Shown one piece after another: positions 37,620-51,043 of a stretch of DNA of 64,000 nucleotides (positions are counted from its first letter, which is position 1; the number at the start of each line of letters is the position of its first letter). Origin of the DNA: Mobula hypostoma (Eukaryota); the NCBI RefSeq assembly GCF_963921235.1, contig NC_086109.1, positions 18,726,001-18,790,000 on the forward strand, written 5' to 3'. Both the position numbers and the translations under genes were made by a program. The notes beneath the pieces are model-generated. The model worked only from the letters and a program-made list of their open reading frames with translations, searched no databases and was not told the DNA's origin.

Positions 37620-38032
37620 CACGGGTCAGAATGCTGGCACATGTCAGAGAGCAACCTTGCCAAGCTGTTGTCATTCCACACCACGAGCCTCTGTATTTCT
37701 GGCCAAGAAAAATCTGCAACCACGCCCTACTTCTTTGGTGTCATCAAGAAGACATGGCCACAATTATCATGAAGAAACATTGGAGGTGGATTGGGCACTC
37801 GGTGAGAAGAGAGTCCAACTCCATTATCAAGACAGCACTTCATTGGACTCCTGAAGGTTGGAGGAAGCATGGAAGACCAAAGACAACTTGGCACTACACT
37901 GTAGAGCCAGAAACAAGGACACTGAACCACACTTGGGATACAATAAAGAAGATGGCCAAGGACAGACAGAGATGGAGGATTTTCTTTGTTACCCTAAACA
38001 CCAGTTCCGTAATGGGCAGTAAGTAGTTAAGT
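37620..38032 (+). mobile_element. RTE-clade LINE 3' fragment nested in a SINE
   Basis: WRWIGHSVRR..ALHWTPEG..GRPKTTW..AKDRQRWR; TAAG-like tail. Confidence 0.8.
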
Positions 38033-38299
38033 AGTCTCTGGACAATTTACAATGACCAATTAACTGACTAACTGGTACGTCTTGGATCATGGGAGGAAAC
38101 CCATGCAGTTCACAGGGAGAACATACAGATCCTTACAGATGGCGTGAGAATTGAACTCCGAATTCCAGATTGCCCTAGCTGTAATAGCATTGCACTAACC
38201 ACTGCACTACCAGCTAGGTGTTTAAATTTTTCCTTGGCTGAAGGACGTCAGCACCAGGTACCTCTGTGGCATGAATGTTACTTGCTGCTTATCAGACCA

Positions 38300-38870
38300 T
38301 GTTGATGCCAGAAATGAAAGGCTTAACACATGAGGAGACTTTGATGGCTTTGGGCCTGTACTTAGACTACTTAGGGGAATTTAATTGAAACCTACCAAAT
38401 ATTGAAAGGCCCAGAAAGAGTGAACATGGAGAAGATAGGATATGGAGAACGTGACTGGATGGGAACATGGAGAAGATGGGATATCAAGTACATGGGATAT
38501 CATTGAAACCTATTCAGTATTAAAAGGTCTAGAGAGAGTGAACATGAAGAGAATGTTCCCAATAATGGGACAGACTATGATCAGAGAACCAGCCTCAGAA
38601 TACAAGGATGTATCTTTAGAACAGAGATGAGGAGGAAATGTCTTCAGGCAGTGGATGGTGAATCTATGGAATTCATTGCCACAGATGGCTGTAGAGGCCA
38701 GCCATTGGGTATATTTAAAGTGGAGGTTGAAGGTTAGCAGGGCCATCAAAAGTTATGAGGAGAAGGCAAGGGAATAGGGTTGAGAGGGATATTATATCAG
38801 CCACGGTGGAACCGCTGAGCAGACTCATTTGGCTGACTGGCCTAATTCTGCTCTGATGTTTTATGGTCAT
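38300..38870 (+). mobile_element. CR1 LINE 3' fragment with local internal duplication
   Basis: IETYSVLKGLERV..RMFP; ATTGAAACCTA..GAGTGAACATG occurs twice. Confidence 0.75.
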
Positions 38871-39654
38871 ACATACATCATTATAGTCTTCCTTTTATCT
38901 CATTATTAGTCCCTGTGGGACCTTTCATATTCTGCGAAAGACAATGCTCCCTCAGTGTTTTATCAGGAACCCAAAAGAAACTATTTAAATTGCAGGAGTT
39001 TAAACTGAAACCACAGTCTTCTAAATGAGGGGTTCCAACACTCAACACCATCCAGGACAAGGGTGGTACGTACATGAGAGCAATGGATACCCTCCTAGGT
39101 TATGCACCATCCTGACTTGGATCCATTTGCTCTCTCCTCATTGCTGAGGTGACTGTAGACAGGAGTATTCTGCCAGCAATACTGATCATATTAGATTAGA
39201 TTAGATTTATTAATCACAAGTACATTGGAACATACAGTGAGGAATGACCCATCGCCATTATGAGGGTCAGTAGAGTTGCGCAATTCGTACATACTCTATA
39301 AATGAATAAATACGAACACCATCCATTGATCCATTTCTGATATTGATACAGGTGTGGGAGAACTTCCAGAACTTCTATCATGACCCAGTGGTAGCTCTGT
39401 ACAATTGCAGTGAGCTTCCAGTGAAAGGATACTCCACTTTCTGTCACCCAGGACCAATGCTGCTGTTGGGTGGAGGAAACTGGGACTAAAGCAGGAGGTG
39501 GTGCCAGGTGAGAACCCTCCATTGGAAATGTTGGTTTAGGCTGTAGAATTTTTTTTTTTGCTCTTATATTCCTTGTAATTTAACTTTCCTATGTTTGCTT
39601 GTGTTTTTATATGATCACCTATATACATGTGATTGTTTAACGACTTTTCCAGTA

Positions 39655-40650
39655 ATTTTCCAGGGATCTGTTCTGGGACTCCCTACTCTTCGTGATTTTT
39701 ATAAATGACCTGGATGAAGAAGTGGAGGGATGGGTTAGTAAATTTGCTGATGACACAAAGGTTGGGGGTGTTGTGGATAGTATGGAGGGCTGTCAGAGGT
39801 TACAGTGGGACATTGATAGGATGCAAAACTGGGCTGAGAAGTAGCAGATGGAGTTAAACCCAGATATGTGTGAGATGGTTCATTTTGGTAGGTCAAATAT
39901 GATGGCAGAATATAATAGTAATGGTAAGACTTGGCAGTGTAGAGGAATAGAGTGATCTTGGGATCCGATTCCATAGGACACTCAAAGCTGCTGCACAGGT
40001 TGACTCTGTGGTTAAGAAAGCATACGGTGCATTGGCCTTCATCAATCATGGATTGAGCTTAAGAGCAGAGAGGTAATGTTGCAGCTATGTAGGACCCTGG
40101 TCAGACCCCACTTGGAGTACTGTGCTCAGTTCTGGTTGTCTCACTACAGGAAGGATATGGAAACCACAGAAAGGGTGCAGAGGAGATATACAAAGGATGT
40201 TGCCTGGATTGAGGAGCATGCCTTATGAGAATAGGTTGAGTGAACTCGGTCTTTTCTCCTTGGAGCGACGGAGGATGAGAGGTGACCTGATAGAGGTGTA
40301 TAAGATGATGAGAGGCATTGATTGTGTGGATAGTCAGAGGCTTTTTCCCAGGGCTGAAATGGCTATCACAAGAGGGCACAGTTTTAAGGTTCTTGAAAGT
40401 GGGTACAGAGGACATGCCAGGGGTAAGATTTTTACGCAGAGAGTGGTAAGTGTGTGGAATGGGCTGCCGGTGACGGTGGTGGAGGTGGACACAACAGGGT
40501 TTTTTAAGAGACTCCTGGACAGGTACATGGAGCTCCAAAAAATAGAGGGCTACGGGTAACCCTAGGTAAGTTCTAACGTAAGGACATGTTCGGCATAGCT
40601 TTGTGGGCTGAAGGGCCTATATTGTGCTGTAGGTTTTCTATGTTTCTATG
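39655..40650 (+). mobile_element. CR1 LINE 3' fragment
   Basis: From QGSVLG through FADD to RMLPGL..LFSLERRRMRGDLIEVYK; tail TTTCTATGTTTCTATG; same subfamily as 53120-53860. Confidence 0.9.
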
Positions 40651-40744
40651 TAATTACAGTACAGTTGCTCCTGTATGTTTCTAGAAGCTTCTTAGTTTTT
40701 AATAGCAGATGTCACCCAACTTGAATCTGGCCATTTTAGAGTCA

Positions 40745-41170
40745 GAGAGTCATAGAAAAGTGCGGCATAGAAACAGGCCTTTCAGCCCATCTAGTCCATG
40801 CCAAAAAAATTAAATTGCCATTCCCATTGTCCTGCACCTGGACCATACCCCTCCATATCCCTCTCATCCATGTATCTATCCAAACTTCTCTTCAACGTTG
40901 AAATCACATGTACCACTTGCGCTGGCAGCTCGTTCCATACTCCCACGACCCTCTGAGTGAAGAAGTTTCCCCTCATATTCCCCTTAAACTTTTTACCTTT
41001 CACCCTTAACCCTTAACCTCTTCTTGTGGTCTCACCAAACCTCAATGGAAAAAGCCTACTTGCATTTACCGTATCTATACCCCTCACAGTTTTGTATGCC
41101 TCTATCAAAACTTTCCTCAATCTTCTACATTCAAAGGACTAAAGCCCTAGCCTATTTTATAGGACTATTT
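40745..41170 (-). mobile_element. CR1 LINE 3' fragment
   Basis: Minus ORF KFKGNMRGNFFTQRVVGVWNELP. Confidence 0.85.
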
Positions 41171-41997
41171 CTTATCTTGAGTCTGAGGATGAGGTGACCA
41201 CCACTACTTTTTCCTCTGTCTTTCTTTGTTCTTTGTTCTAATAACAATTAATAAAATGGTCATAAGCAATGAGTTTTGTGATTCGTTCCTGACTTCTGAA
41301 GAACCTTTGGATCACAAAAGTATCAGTATCAAACAGGAATCTTGGGAGAAAATGCTGAACAGGGGACCTTGACGAATGGAAAGCCGGTAAGAATTAAGGA
41401 GATGCAATTGGTATGAAGGATGGAAAGGGGAAATTATAAAACTGTAGGCTCAGATCTTATCTTAATAGAATGCCAATCCAGTAGTGCACTATGTATAAAA
41501 TATGCCCTTAAATGCCTAATAATATCTCAAGACAAGTGTTACATGAAGAATGCTAATTTGGTGATGATTGGGGTGTGTGGAGTGTCCTAGGAGGACTATC
41601 ACCTCTGTGAAGGGGCTTGTCATGTCCATTCCAGGGCAGCTCGCTCACCTTTGTTTCCCACCGGACACTCAGCCCTTACCTGGGGTGCCAAGTAGTTGTC
41701 TGCATGCGATGGCAGCCACACCCTGGTACACCACTTTGACAGGCGGGCTAGACCGGGCGAGGGTAGTCGGAGGCCTCATACCCAGATTAGATAGGGGCCT
41801 GCCTGTCCTTGCACGTGGAGTCAGCTCGGGCGGACTAGCGGACTTTTCACTTTAAAAACTCTCCCACCCAGGTTTCCTTTCATCGTCGAACACGATGGAC
41901 GAACACCATTTTCTAATTTGATGCACATAAGACATGATTTATTCATTTGAGGAAGTGGCTGAGTGAATTCCTTGAGTGACTGAAAATGAGTCAGAGT

Positions 41998-42492
41998 TAG
42001 GTTCACCAGATTGATTCCTGGGATGGCAGGTCTTTCATATGAAGAAAGACTGGATGAACTGGGCTTGTACTCGTTGGAATTTAGAAGATTGAGGGGGGAT
42101 CTGATTGAAACATATAAGATCCTAAAGGGATTGGACAGGCTAGATGCGGGAAGATTGTTCCCGATGTTGGGGAGGTCCAGAACGAGGGGTCACAGTTTGA
42201 GGATAGAGGGGAAGCCTTTTAGGACCGAGATTAGGAAAAACTTCTTCACACAGAGAGTGGTGAATCTGTGGAATTCTCTGCCACAGCAAACTGTTGAGGC
42301 CAGTTCATTGGCTATGTTTAAGAGGGAGTTAGATATGGCCCTTGTGGCTACAGGGGTCAGGGGGTATGGAGGGAAGGCTGGGTTCTGAGTTGGATGATCA
42401 GCCATGATCATAATAAATGGCGGTGCAGGCTCGAAGGGCCGAATGGCCTACTCCTGCACCTATTTTCTATGTTTCTATGTTTCTATGTTTCT
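41998..42492 (+). mobile_element. CR1 LINE 3' fragment, little decayed
   Basis: Open frame IPGMAGLSYEERL..RRLRGDLIETYKI..FFTQRVVNLWNSLP; (TTTCTATG)n tail. Confidence 0.92.
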
Positions 42493-42701
42493 AAATGGTC
42501 TTTATGCATTTCTTTCCATGGTGCATACACGCTCAATCACGTATAACTGAGATTTATTTATTGAGATACATACAGCACAGAATAGACATCTCTGGCCCCT
42601 CGAGTCACGCTGCCCAGAAATCCCCCGATTTAGTCCAACCCTAATCATGGGACAATTTATAATGACCAACTAACGTATCAACTGGTACGTCTTTTGACTG
42701 T

Positions 42702-42886
42702 CAAGAGAAACTCTGCAGATGCTGGAAATCCAAGCAACACACACAAAATGCTGGCGGAACTCAGCAGGCCAGGCAGCATCTACGGAAAAGGGTACAGTCG
42801 ACGTTTTGGGCCGAAACGTTGACTGTATCCTTTTCCTAGATGCTGCCTGGCCTGCTGAGTTCCGCCAGCATCTTGCGTGCGTTGCA
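42702..42886. mobile_element. Penelope-like pseudo-LTR hairpin insertion inside a SINE
   Basis: Long inverted arms pivoting at GTCGACGTTTTGGGCCGAAACGTTGAC; 12-bp TSD TCTTTTGACTGT at 42690-42701 and 42887-42898. Confidence 0.85.
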
Positions 42887-44269
42887 TCTTTTGACTGTGG
42901 GAGGAAAGCAGAGCACGCGGAGGAAACCTACACAGTCATGGGGAGAATGTACAAACTCCCTACAGGTGGGGGGCGGGAATCGAACCGGGGTTGCTTGTAC
43001 TGTCAAGCGTCATGCTGACCACTATGCAAAGCGAAGCAGGTTCCAGGCTCGGCTGTCACTGTTAACCTTGCAACTGTAAGGAAGGGCGGTCAGTCCGTTA
43101 AAGATGCTTTTTCACTTAAGAGTGAATCATAGTTCTGTCATGATCTTGCAATTATGGCCCTGACCTGCCTGATGTTGTGTGGGGGTGGGGGAGGCGGAAG
43201 AACAAAAGCATCATGGGGTGCAAGCAAGTTTCTAGTAGTTGATCACCAGAGTAAAGAGAGCAGGGTATAAGAAGCACTAAACATTTACCAGCGGGAAAAA
43301 AATATGTGCTGCCTATGTATCATTTTCTCCACAACTCATTTGTGTCAGGCACCTCCTGCCGTTAAGCAAGGCAGATTCCCCGTGGAGCCGAATCTCTCGG
43401 CAGGATCTCATCCCTGCTCTGTGGAGAGAGGAAGAAAAAGACATGAAAATGAACTGGCTATAAATAGACTGGCACATTGTATGTGCTTGTACCTGCTGTG
43501 AATATTGACAAGGCAAGCCTCTCCTCCTTCACCACAGACTTCACGGGCAGAGTTTGAATCCTTTAAGTGCAACGGGGCAGAAATCTATTCCTTGTCGATG
43601 CACCCTGCAAAGTACTTGAGACTTTGGTATCTTTTGTTTTATGTTTAGATGTGCTATTCTGCCAGCCTTAAGTGGGCTGGCATTCCACGAGACCATAAGA
43701 CATTGCAGCCGTGAGTCCATTCAGCCCATCAAGCCTCTTACTGCTCATGGCTGATTTAATATGCCTCTCAGCCCCATTCTCCTACAATCTCCACATAACC
43801 TTTGATGCCCTCCCTAATCAAGAACCTATCAACCTCCGTTTTAAATATGCCCAATGACTGGGCCTCCACAGGAAGACGGAGGTGTGAACAAGAAAGAAGC
43901 AGAGCTCATGAAGGAAATCCACAGAATCACGGGAGAGAATGCACAAACTCCTTTTGGGTCTTTTGAGGTCCGCTACACTGACATGTGTGCTCAAAGCGTT
44001 GTGAATAGAGTGTAAAAGGAAGAAAGTTATACTGTGCTTCATAAAACACTGGGTGGTTCTCAGCCGGAGTATTGTAACTAATTCTGGGCACAAGCTAAAG
44101 AAAAGTTGTAAAGTTCACAGGTAATTCACTGGAGATATCTGGGCCTCAGCTGGAATATTGCTGTTTGCAATCACGTGGGATTGTTCTTTTTGGAGCAGAA
44201 GGTGAAGAGGAGACTTAAGATAAGATTAGCTTTATTTGTCAGAGGTGTATCAAAAAATGTAGTGAAGTG

Positions 44270-44391
44270 GTTTCTTCCCCCTTCCTTTCCAGTCCTGATG
44301 AAGGGTCTTGGTCTGAAATGTCAACTGTTTGTTCTGCTCCATAGATGCTGCCTGACCTGCTGAGTTTTTCCAGCATTTTGAGTGCGTTGCA
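44270..44391 (+). mobile_element. Penelope-like pseudo-LTR with hammerhead motif
   Basis: 44290-44327 reads CAGTC-CTGATGA-AGGGTCTTGGTCT-GAAA-TG-TC-AACTG. Confidence 0.75.
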
Positions 44392-44496
44392 GTGAAATCT
44401 GTCAATCAGCAAGAATTGTGCTGGGTAGTCTGCAAGAGTTGCTACGCTACCAGCACCAACATAGTATGCCCACAACTCACTAACTCTAAGCGTATG

Positions 44497-45020
44497 TGTT
44501 ATGTTCTGTTACTTTGAGACATTAAACTAATTCAAAAGAAAACACGGCCATCTGAAATGTGAGTCTAACTTTGTGTTTACTTGAGAGCGAGGCACGCTCG
44601 TATCATGTGGTAGCGTGCTGATGCATGCACTTCATGTATTTATGCATATAACCCGAAATGAATTATGTAAACAATCAGAATATACAAGATTACTGAAATA
44701 TTATGTGGGCACGAGGCCGTGGTTAAGGCATTGGACTAGCGACCTGGAGGTCGTGAGTTCGAGCCCCAGCTGAGGGAACGTGTTGTGCTCTTGAGCAAGG
44801 CACTTAATCACACATTGCTCTGCAATGACACTGGTGCCAAGCTGTATGGGTCCTAATGCCCTTCCCTTGGACAACATCGGTGTCGTGGAGAGGGGAGACT
44901 TGCAGCATGGGCAACTGCTGGTCTTCCATACAACCTTGTCCAGGCCTGCGCCCTGGGGAGTGAAGACTTTCCAGGTGCAGATCCATGGCCTTGCAAGACT
45001 GAAATATTAAATACGCAACA
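44497..45020. mobile_element. Probable short solo LTR containing a SINE insertion
   Basis: TGTT...AACA termini; flanks GTATG / GTACA are both CpG-decay products of a GTACG 5-bp TSD; interrupts a SINE that resumes at ~45026. Confidence 0.65.
44704..44997 (+). mobile_element. tRNA/CORE-like SINE, same family as 34281-34584
   Basis: Near-identical body to the other copy; 12-bp TSD ACTGAAATATTA at 44692-44703 and 44998-45009. Confidence 0.88.
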
Positions 45021-45470
45021 GTACATCTTTGACATGTGGGAGGAAATCAGGAAATCGAAACCCACAGAGGAAACCCATGCAGTCACAGGGAGAATGTGAA
45101 AACACTTTACAGACAGCAGTAGGAATGAACACCGATCTTACAGATGGTGCTGTGAAGCATTGTGCTAATGGCTATGCTGCAATGCTGCTTGCAATGGGAA
45201 GTGTTTAAAATAATATGGAAATACATCTCTGGATGCTGGAGCTAAAATGTGCCATTTAGGAACGGCACTGCATCGGAATTCAAAATCTGTCTCTACAGTC
45301 ATTGCCACACTACATGTAATCCTGTGAGCGATCCTCTCATGCTTCTGTCTGGGGGTGAATTACAGGCAGCTGGCTTGTGCTAGAGAGAGCATGGTGAAAT
45401 TATTTCTTGTTATTACAGTGGGTAGTGGCAGCCAACTCCCAGGAATAGGATTGTTTACCCTTTTAGTATA

Positions 45471-46025
45471 CTCTCAGTGGCTCCTATACCTAATAAAGTG
45501 GTCACTGAGAGTATGTTTGTGGCCTTCTGCTACTGCAGCCTATCCGCTTCAAAGTTCAACGCTTTGTGCTTTCAGAGATGCTCTTCTGCACACCACTGTT
45601 GCAATGCAGGGTTATTTGAGCTACTGTCACCTTCCTGTCAGATTGAACCAGTCTGGCCATTCTCCTTTGACCTCTCTTATTAATTAACAGGGCATTTTCG
45701 CCCAAGGAACTGACACTCACTGGATATCTTTTGCTTTTTGCACCAGTCTCCGCAAACACTAGAGACTGTTATGCGTGAAAACGCCAGGCGATTTTCAGTT
45801 TCTGAGATTCTCAAACCACGCCATCTGGCACCAACAAATATTCCACAGTCAAAATCACTCTGATCATATTTCTTCTCCATTCTGTTTGGTTTGAAAAACA
45901 ACTGAACCTCTTGACCATGTCTGCATGTTTTTATGAATTGAGGTTCTGCCACATGATTGGCTGACTAGATATTTGCATTAATAAGCAGGTGTACAGGTTG
46001 TACCTAATGAAGGAGCCACTGAGTG
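45471..46025 (-). mobile_element. Tc1/mariner non-autonomous element
   Basis: TA-flanked; minus-strand remnants SDFDCGIFVGAR and RGQRRMARLVQSDRKVTVAQIT..KSISE. Confidence 0.85.
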
Positions 46026-46869
46026 TATGGTGCAGAGTGCGGATTCCGCTTATTATAATAATAGTTTGAAATATGTTGACAGCAAGGAGATTGATGAGGG
46101 CTCAATGTACAAACAGTGAAAATGTTTAAGAGTATCATGTCTTCTCTAGTCATTCTCCCAAAAGCAAAGGCATTGGTGATGTGTTATGTCAGTGGGAAAG
46201 CAGCGAGGCATGAGATTTCTCAAAATGCTCATTGTGATAAACATTTTGCATTTAAGATGGGCCTTGGATAATGTGAGAGGTGCTACTGCCTGGCAAGTCA
46301 CAATGTTAAAAGAGAGTTTGCCATGAGTGGAGGAGATAACATGGGTTTTTCAGTGAGTAAGAAAGGTAGATCTCCATCTGTAGGCCAGGACAAGGAAATG
46401 ATTCATTCACATGAGCTGGAGGTGAAATTTAAGGGAAAAGAATTATATTCCTAAGACTGGTGAACTATCTTCTAAAACCAACAAGGGGTTTTGGATAAAT
46501 AGAGCTGAATTCATTTGTTTGCATGAGCCTGGGATGAACTGTGCTCTGTCCAGTGTTATGGCTGCATATAGTTTCAGTGAAGTAAGGGAGGGAGTTGGCA
46601 AGGAGGGTGGATGAGGGACTCTGAACAAGATGAAATAGGGTACATTGATGTTTTAAAATATATAATCAACTCTCATTGTGGCTAAGATTCCTTCAGGAAT
46701 TACTATGGCCTTGGAGATCTATCCAAGGGTCTAATGTTTAGCTTCCCAGTGCCGCATTAAACTTCATAGATAAGATGTATGTGTAAAACAGAGGTTAGTC
46801 TGCAGACTTGCTTTCTGTGATTGCATGTCTAATTGTAGATCACATGTCTAAATGCAGATTGGAGAGTTA

Positions 46870-47186
46870 CATGACAAGAATCTTTGACGAGGATGGCTTG
46901 GACACAAAAGCTGGAGTATCCGAGGCAAGGATCGAGACCCAGTTTCAAACTGGATCGAGGATCTGAGCATAAAACAAACACTAGAGGAAATCATGACTAG
47001 GCTTATGAATGAGCACCAAACCTCAGTTCGGGTGCACCTTAAATGCTCAATCATTGGCCCCAAAACATGATTGCCAATTAGCGGGCTGTCCTGAATCTTC
47101 AAAGAGGCTGCACCAACTATCCATACTCCAGGGAGTCAGAGCATCTAAACCCCAGAGGTTGGCATGGATAGGTGCCTGTCGTAACA
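46870..47186 (-). repeat. 3' LTR of the chromovirus
   Basis: Diverged direct repeat of 51314-51627, ending CGTAACA. Confidence 0.88.
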
Positions 47187-50100
47187 GGACTCCCTTCTCT
47201 ATGGCCGACTCCTGATGGCCCTGTCTGCTTGAAGAGACGATGATTGTAGTCATGGATGAGAGCCAGATCCAAGATGTCTCTTTCAGCACCCAGCACCTCT
47301 CCTCCAGAAAAAAATCCTTCCTAGTCCATGAGATATTGCCAGACGCCTCGAACAGTACGCAAGTCGTAAGTTTTCTCACGGTGAAAACCTGCTCCCCATC
47401 TACAAACCCGGGTGGCGGCGGGGCTGATAGCGGAGGGGCTAACAGGCTGATGTTCACAGGCTTTACATTGGAAACATGCAAAATGGGATTGATCTTGAGG
47501 AGTGCAAGGTGTAGACCACCGGGTTTACTTTCCTGAGAATCCTGAAGGGTTTAGTGAACTTGGATGCCAATTTCCTGGACTCTACTCGGGGAGACAAATC
47601 CTGAGTCGACAGACCGACTTGTTGCCCAGGCTGCAAAACTGGTCTTCATCTTCTCTTGTGGTTTGCCTTTATTTCAGTCCTCTGGGTAGAAGCTAACAAA
47701 ATCTCCCTTGCCCTAGTCCATCTCTCCTTGCAGCACCGGCTGCAGCTGCCCGAACCCCAACTTCGGCCTCCAGCTCAGGGAAGTGTGGCAGAGAATACCC
47801 AAATTGGCATTCGAAAGGAGACATCCTGTGTGCCGAATGCCCTAAGGTGTTGTGGGCAACCTTTGCCCACATCAAATGGTCACTCCGCTCATTCATTCAG
47901 AGGCCAGGCATCTGAGGGTACATTCCATATCCTGGTTCACCCATTCCATCTGGCCATTGGTCTGTGGGTGAAACCCAGAGGAAAGACTCGCTGTTGTCAC
48001 AATCAGTTTTCAAAACACCCTCCAGAAATGTGATATGAATTGCAGACTGCAATCTGACACAATGTCCACTGGACAACCATGGATCCTGATGACCTGCTGC
48101 AGGACAATCTCGGCCATCTCCACCACAGATAAAGGTCTGTCCTAGGCAATGAATTAGCACCCACAATTACCATGATAATGGTCTTCACCTTGGAAGGAGG
48201 AAGACACGTGACAAAGTCCATGGAGCTGTGAGCACATGGTCTATCCAGAACAGGCAGAGGATGAAGGAGCTCTTGAGGTTGGGTGCTGGGGATAGCTGCC
48301 TGGAAAGGGACACACATGGGTGCAGTTTATTGTCAGAAGCTGTTGGTTGAAACACAGCACCCACTCTGAAATACACTGAGTCCACTTCCATGATGAAGGG
48401 AAGGTCTCGTTTAGGTGCGACCAAGGTGGGAGCTTTGTGAACCGCTGTTTGAACTCTGAACTCTGAACAAAAAGGCCCATGGATCTCCTGCTTAGTGCCG
48501 TCAGCGGAACCGCTACTGAGCTGAACTTTCTGATAAACTTTCAATAAAAGTTGGAATCATTGCACTTGCTTCACACTGGATGGTGGTGGCCAATCTCCAA
48601 CTGGCTGCATCTTACTAGGGTCCGACTTGAGATTGCCATTAGGGATTTATGGAGAACATCCCAGAGCACGTTGTTTATAAAAGCCTGGAAAACTGCTGGC
48701 AAGTTCACAAGGCCAAAGGACATGACCAGATAGTCATAGAGCCCTCTCGGTGTGTTGAATACCATCTTCCATTCATCAGCCCTCTTTATGTGAACCAGAT
48801 TGTATGCCCTCCGTGAGTCCAGCTTGGAGAATACTCTGGCCTCTTGGAGAATCTCGAAAGCACCGCTTGTGAGTGGAAGAGGGTAATGATTCTTGATTTA
48901 TACAATTCAGCCCCCTATAATTAATACAGGGACACAGACTCCCATCCCTCTTCTGTATGAAGAAGAAGCCAGCACCAGCTGAAGAGGTGGAAGGCCAAAT
49001 GAATCCCAGGGCTAAAGCCTCCTTACTATACTTCCCTACAGTGCTTCTCTCTGGCCCTGAGAGTGCGTATATCGACCTCACAGAGGACACGTAACTGGTT
49101 GTAGATCTACCGCACAGGTGCAGGAACGGTGCGATGGAAGAGTCAAGGCTTTTCTCTTACTGAAGATCTCTTGCAAATCCTTATAGACAGAAGGGATTTC
49201 TACTGGCCTGGGAGCTGCCATTACCCCCGAACCTTCCTCTGAGGAGGACTTCTGAGATTCTGTCGGTAGCGGGAGTGTTTCAGCCAGCCTCAGAGGTCAC
49301 AAGAGTCTTTAGTGAAAACAGAAGCCAAATAACAGTTCAAATCCTTGTCTGTCCCCTCAGCCATCGATATCAAAGTGTGACAAATGGTCCGTGTGTTCCT
49401 GACTGGGTTCCAAGGATCTTTGTCTTGGAGCCTTCCCCTTAGATGGGACCTGGCAGCTGGAGCCCCTTGGCTTAGCTGCTAGAGTTCCACACTGCTTGGG
49501 CAATCCCTTGGTTTGCTCTTAAACTAGGGATCTCATTCCAGCTCACCCCTGAATGGACTGGGTCAGGACTTGCTCAGGCCTATTGATTGGAGCCAGCTTG
49601 TCTACCCTTGAAGGCAGGACTGTGTCTCCTGAAGGCTCCACATTACCCTGAGCAGAACTCTGCTCCTCATTGGCTGCTGGTCTCAGGAGAGTCTCGGAGT
49701 TTGAAAACCAAGCTGAAAATAAACCCTCTTACAATGGCTGGACCTAGCAGTGATTCCGTCCTCCCTCCATTCCATGGCTGGGTTATGTTGAAGCAGCCAA
49801 GGGTACCTGAGGATCAGGGGTATGAGTGGAGAGTCAATAATGTAGAAACTAATGTCTTCCACATGATCATCTATCCTCATCTGCAACACCACAGTCTGTT
49901 GCTAGATCTGCCCGGAGCCTAGCGGGTGGGCATCCACGACAGTTGCGGGCAGGGACTGACTCAACTCTCGCAGTGGTATTTTGAACCAGCGGGCGGTTCC
50001 TCAATCCTGAAAATTACTCGCTACCCCAGAGCCCACAAAAGCCTTTACCTGCCTCAAATTCTTACCCCTGGTAAACTCCACCTTCAGCATGAAACCAGAA

Positions 50101-51043
50101 CCTGTGGGGTTGGGCGTAGTGGCTGCTACTGTTGCAGTCCTCCCGACGATGGATGGTCTTAGCAGATCCCCAGGTGGCTGCAGCTTTGGACATTCGGCCT
50201 GCAGGTGACCTACGTCCCCGCAGTAAAAGCAGCAACCTTGACTCTCGCCCAGGGACCTCTCATTAGCAGAGTCCAGTGCAACCAACCTGCATGGGTTCAG
50301 CTGGATTTTGAGCAGGCAACAGGCTGGTCATGGTCCAAGGCTGGGGAGTGGAACAACGATGTGTTGAATCCAGACTCGGGCTAGCCCTCTTCGACCTCAT
50401 GATGAAATTCCACTTACGCACTGCCAGACAATTATCGAAACAGATGGACTGGTCGATGAGAACCTCCAATTTCTCTGCAGGTTTTCCAATGGAAAGAGGG
50501 TCCTTCATTTTGTCTTGGAGTCTGTGGCAGTATAGTGTGGCCAAGGCCTCCCCGTTCCAACCACTCTCCAGGGCCAAGGTCCAAAATTCGATCGCATAGT
50601 TGGTCACTGACCACCCCCCTATCAAACCTTCATCAGGCGGCCCGAGGCTTGGCTGGTTCCATTGGGGTGATCAAGCACCTTCCTCATGCAGCCATGAATT
50701 CCCTCGAGTTCGAGCGAATCTTCGACCTGCATTCCCAATGCGTGGTGGCTCAGGCCTGGGCTCGCCCAGTGAGAGGAGAGGTAATGAAGGGCTCCTCTCC
50801 ATACTCTGAGGGGAGTTGGGATGGCTGGAGCTCAAACACTAACAAGCACTGGAGGAGGGAGCCACAGCAAGAACCCAGGTCCCCGTGGAATCTCTCCGAG
50901 CTTGAAAGATGTACCGCATCTGGAGCAGGATCAGCTGGTTCTCCCAAGCGACTCTGGCCTCCTCCTTGCAAATGTTGACCAATGGCTACCTGGGGGTTGT
51001 GTATATCCAGGCTCTGTAGGGAGAGATCTTTGCTATGGCTGGT

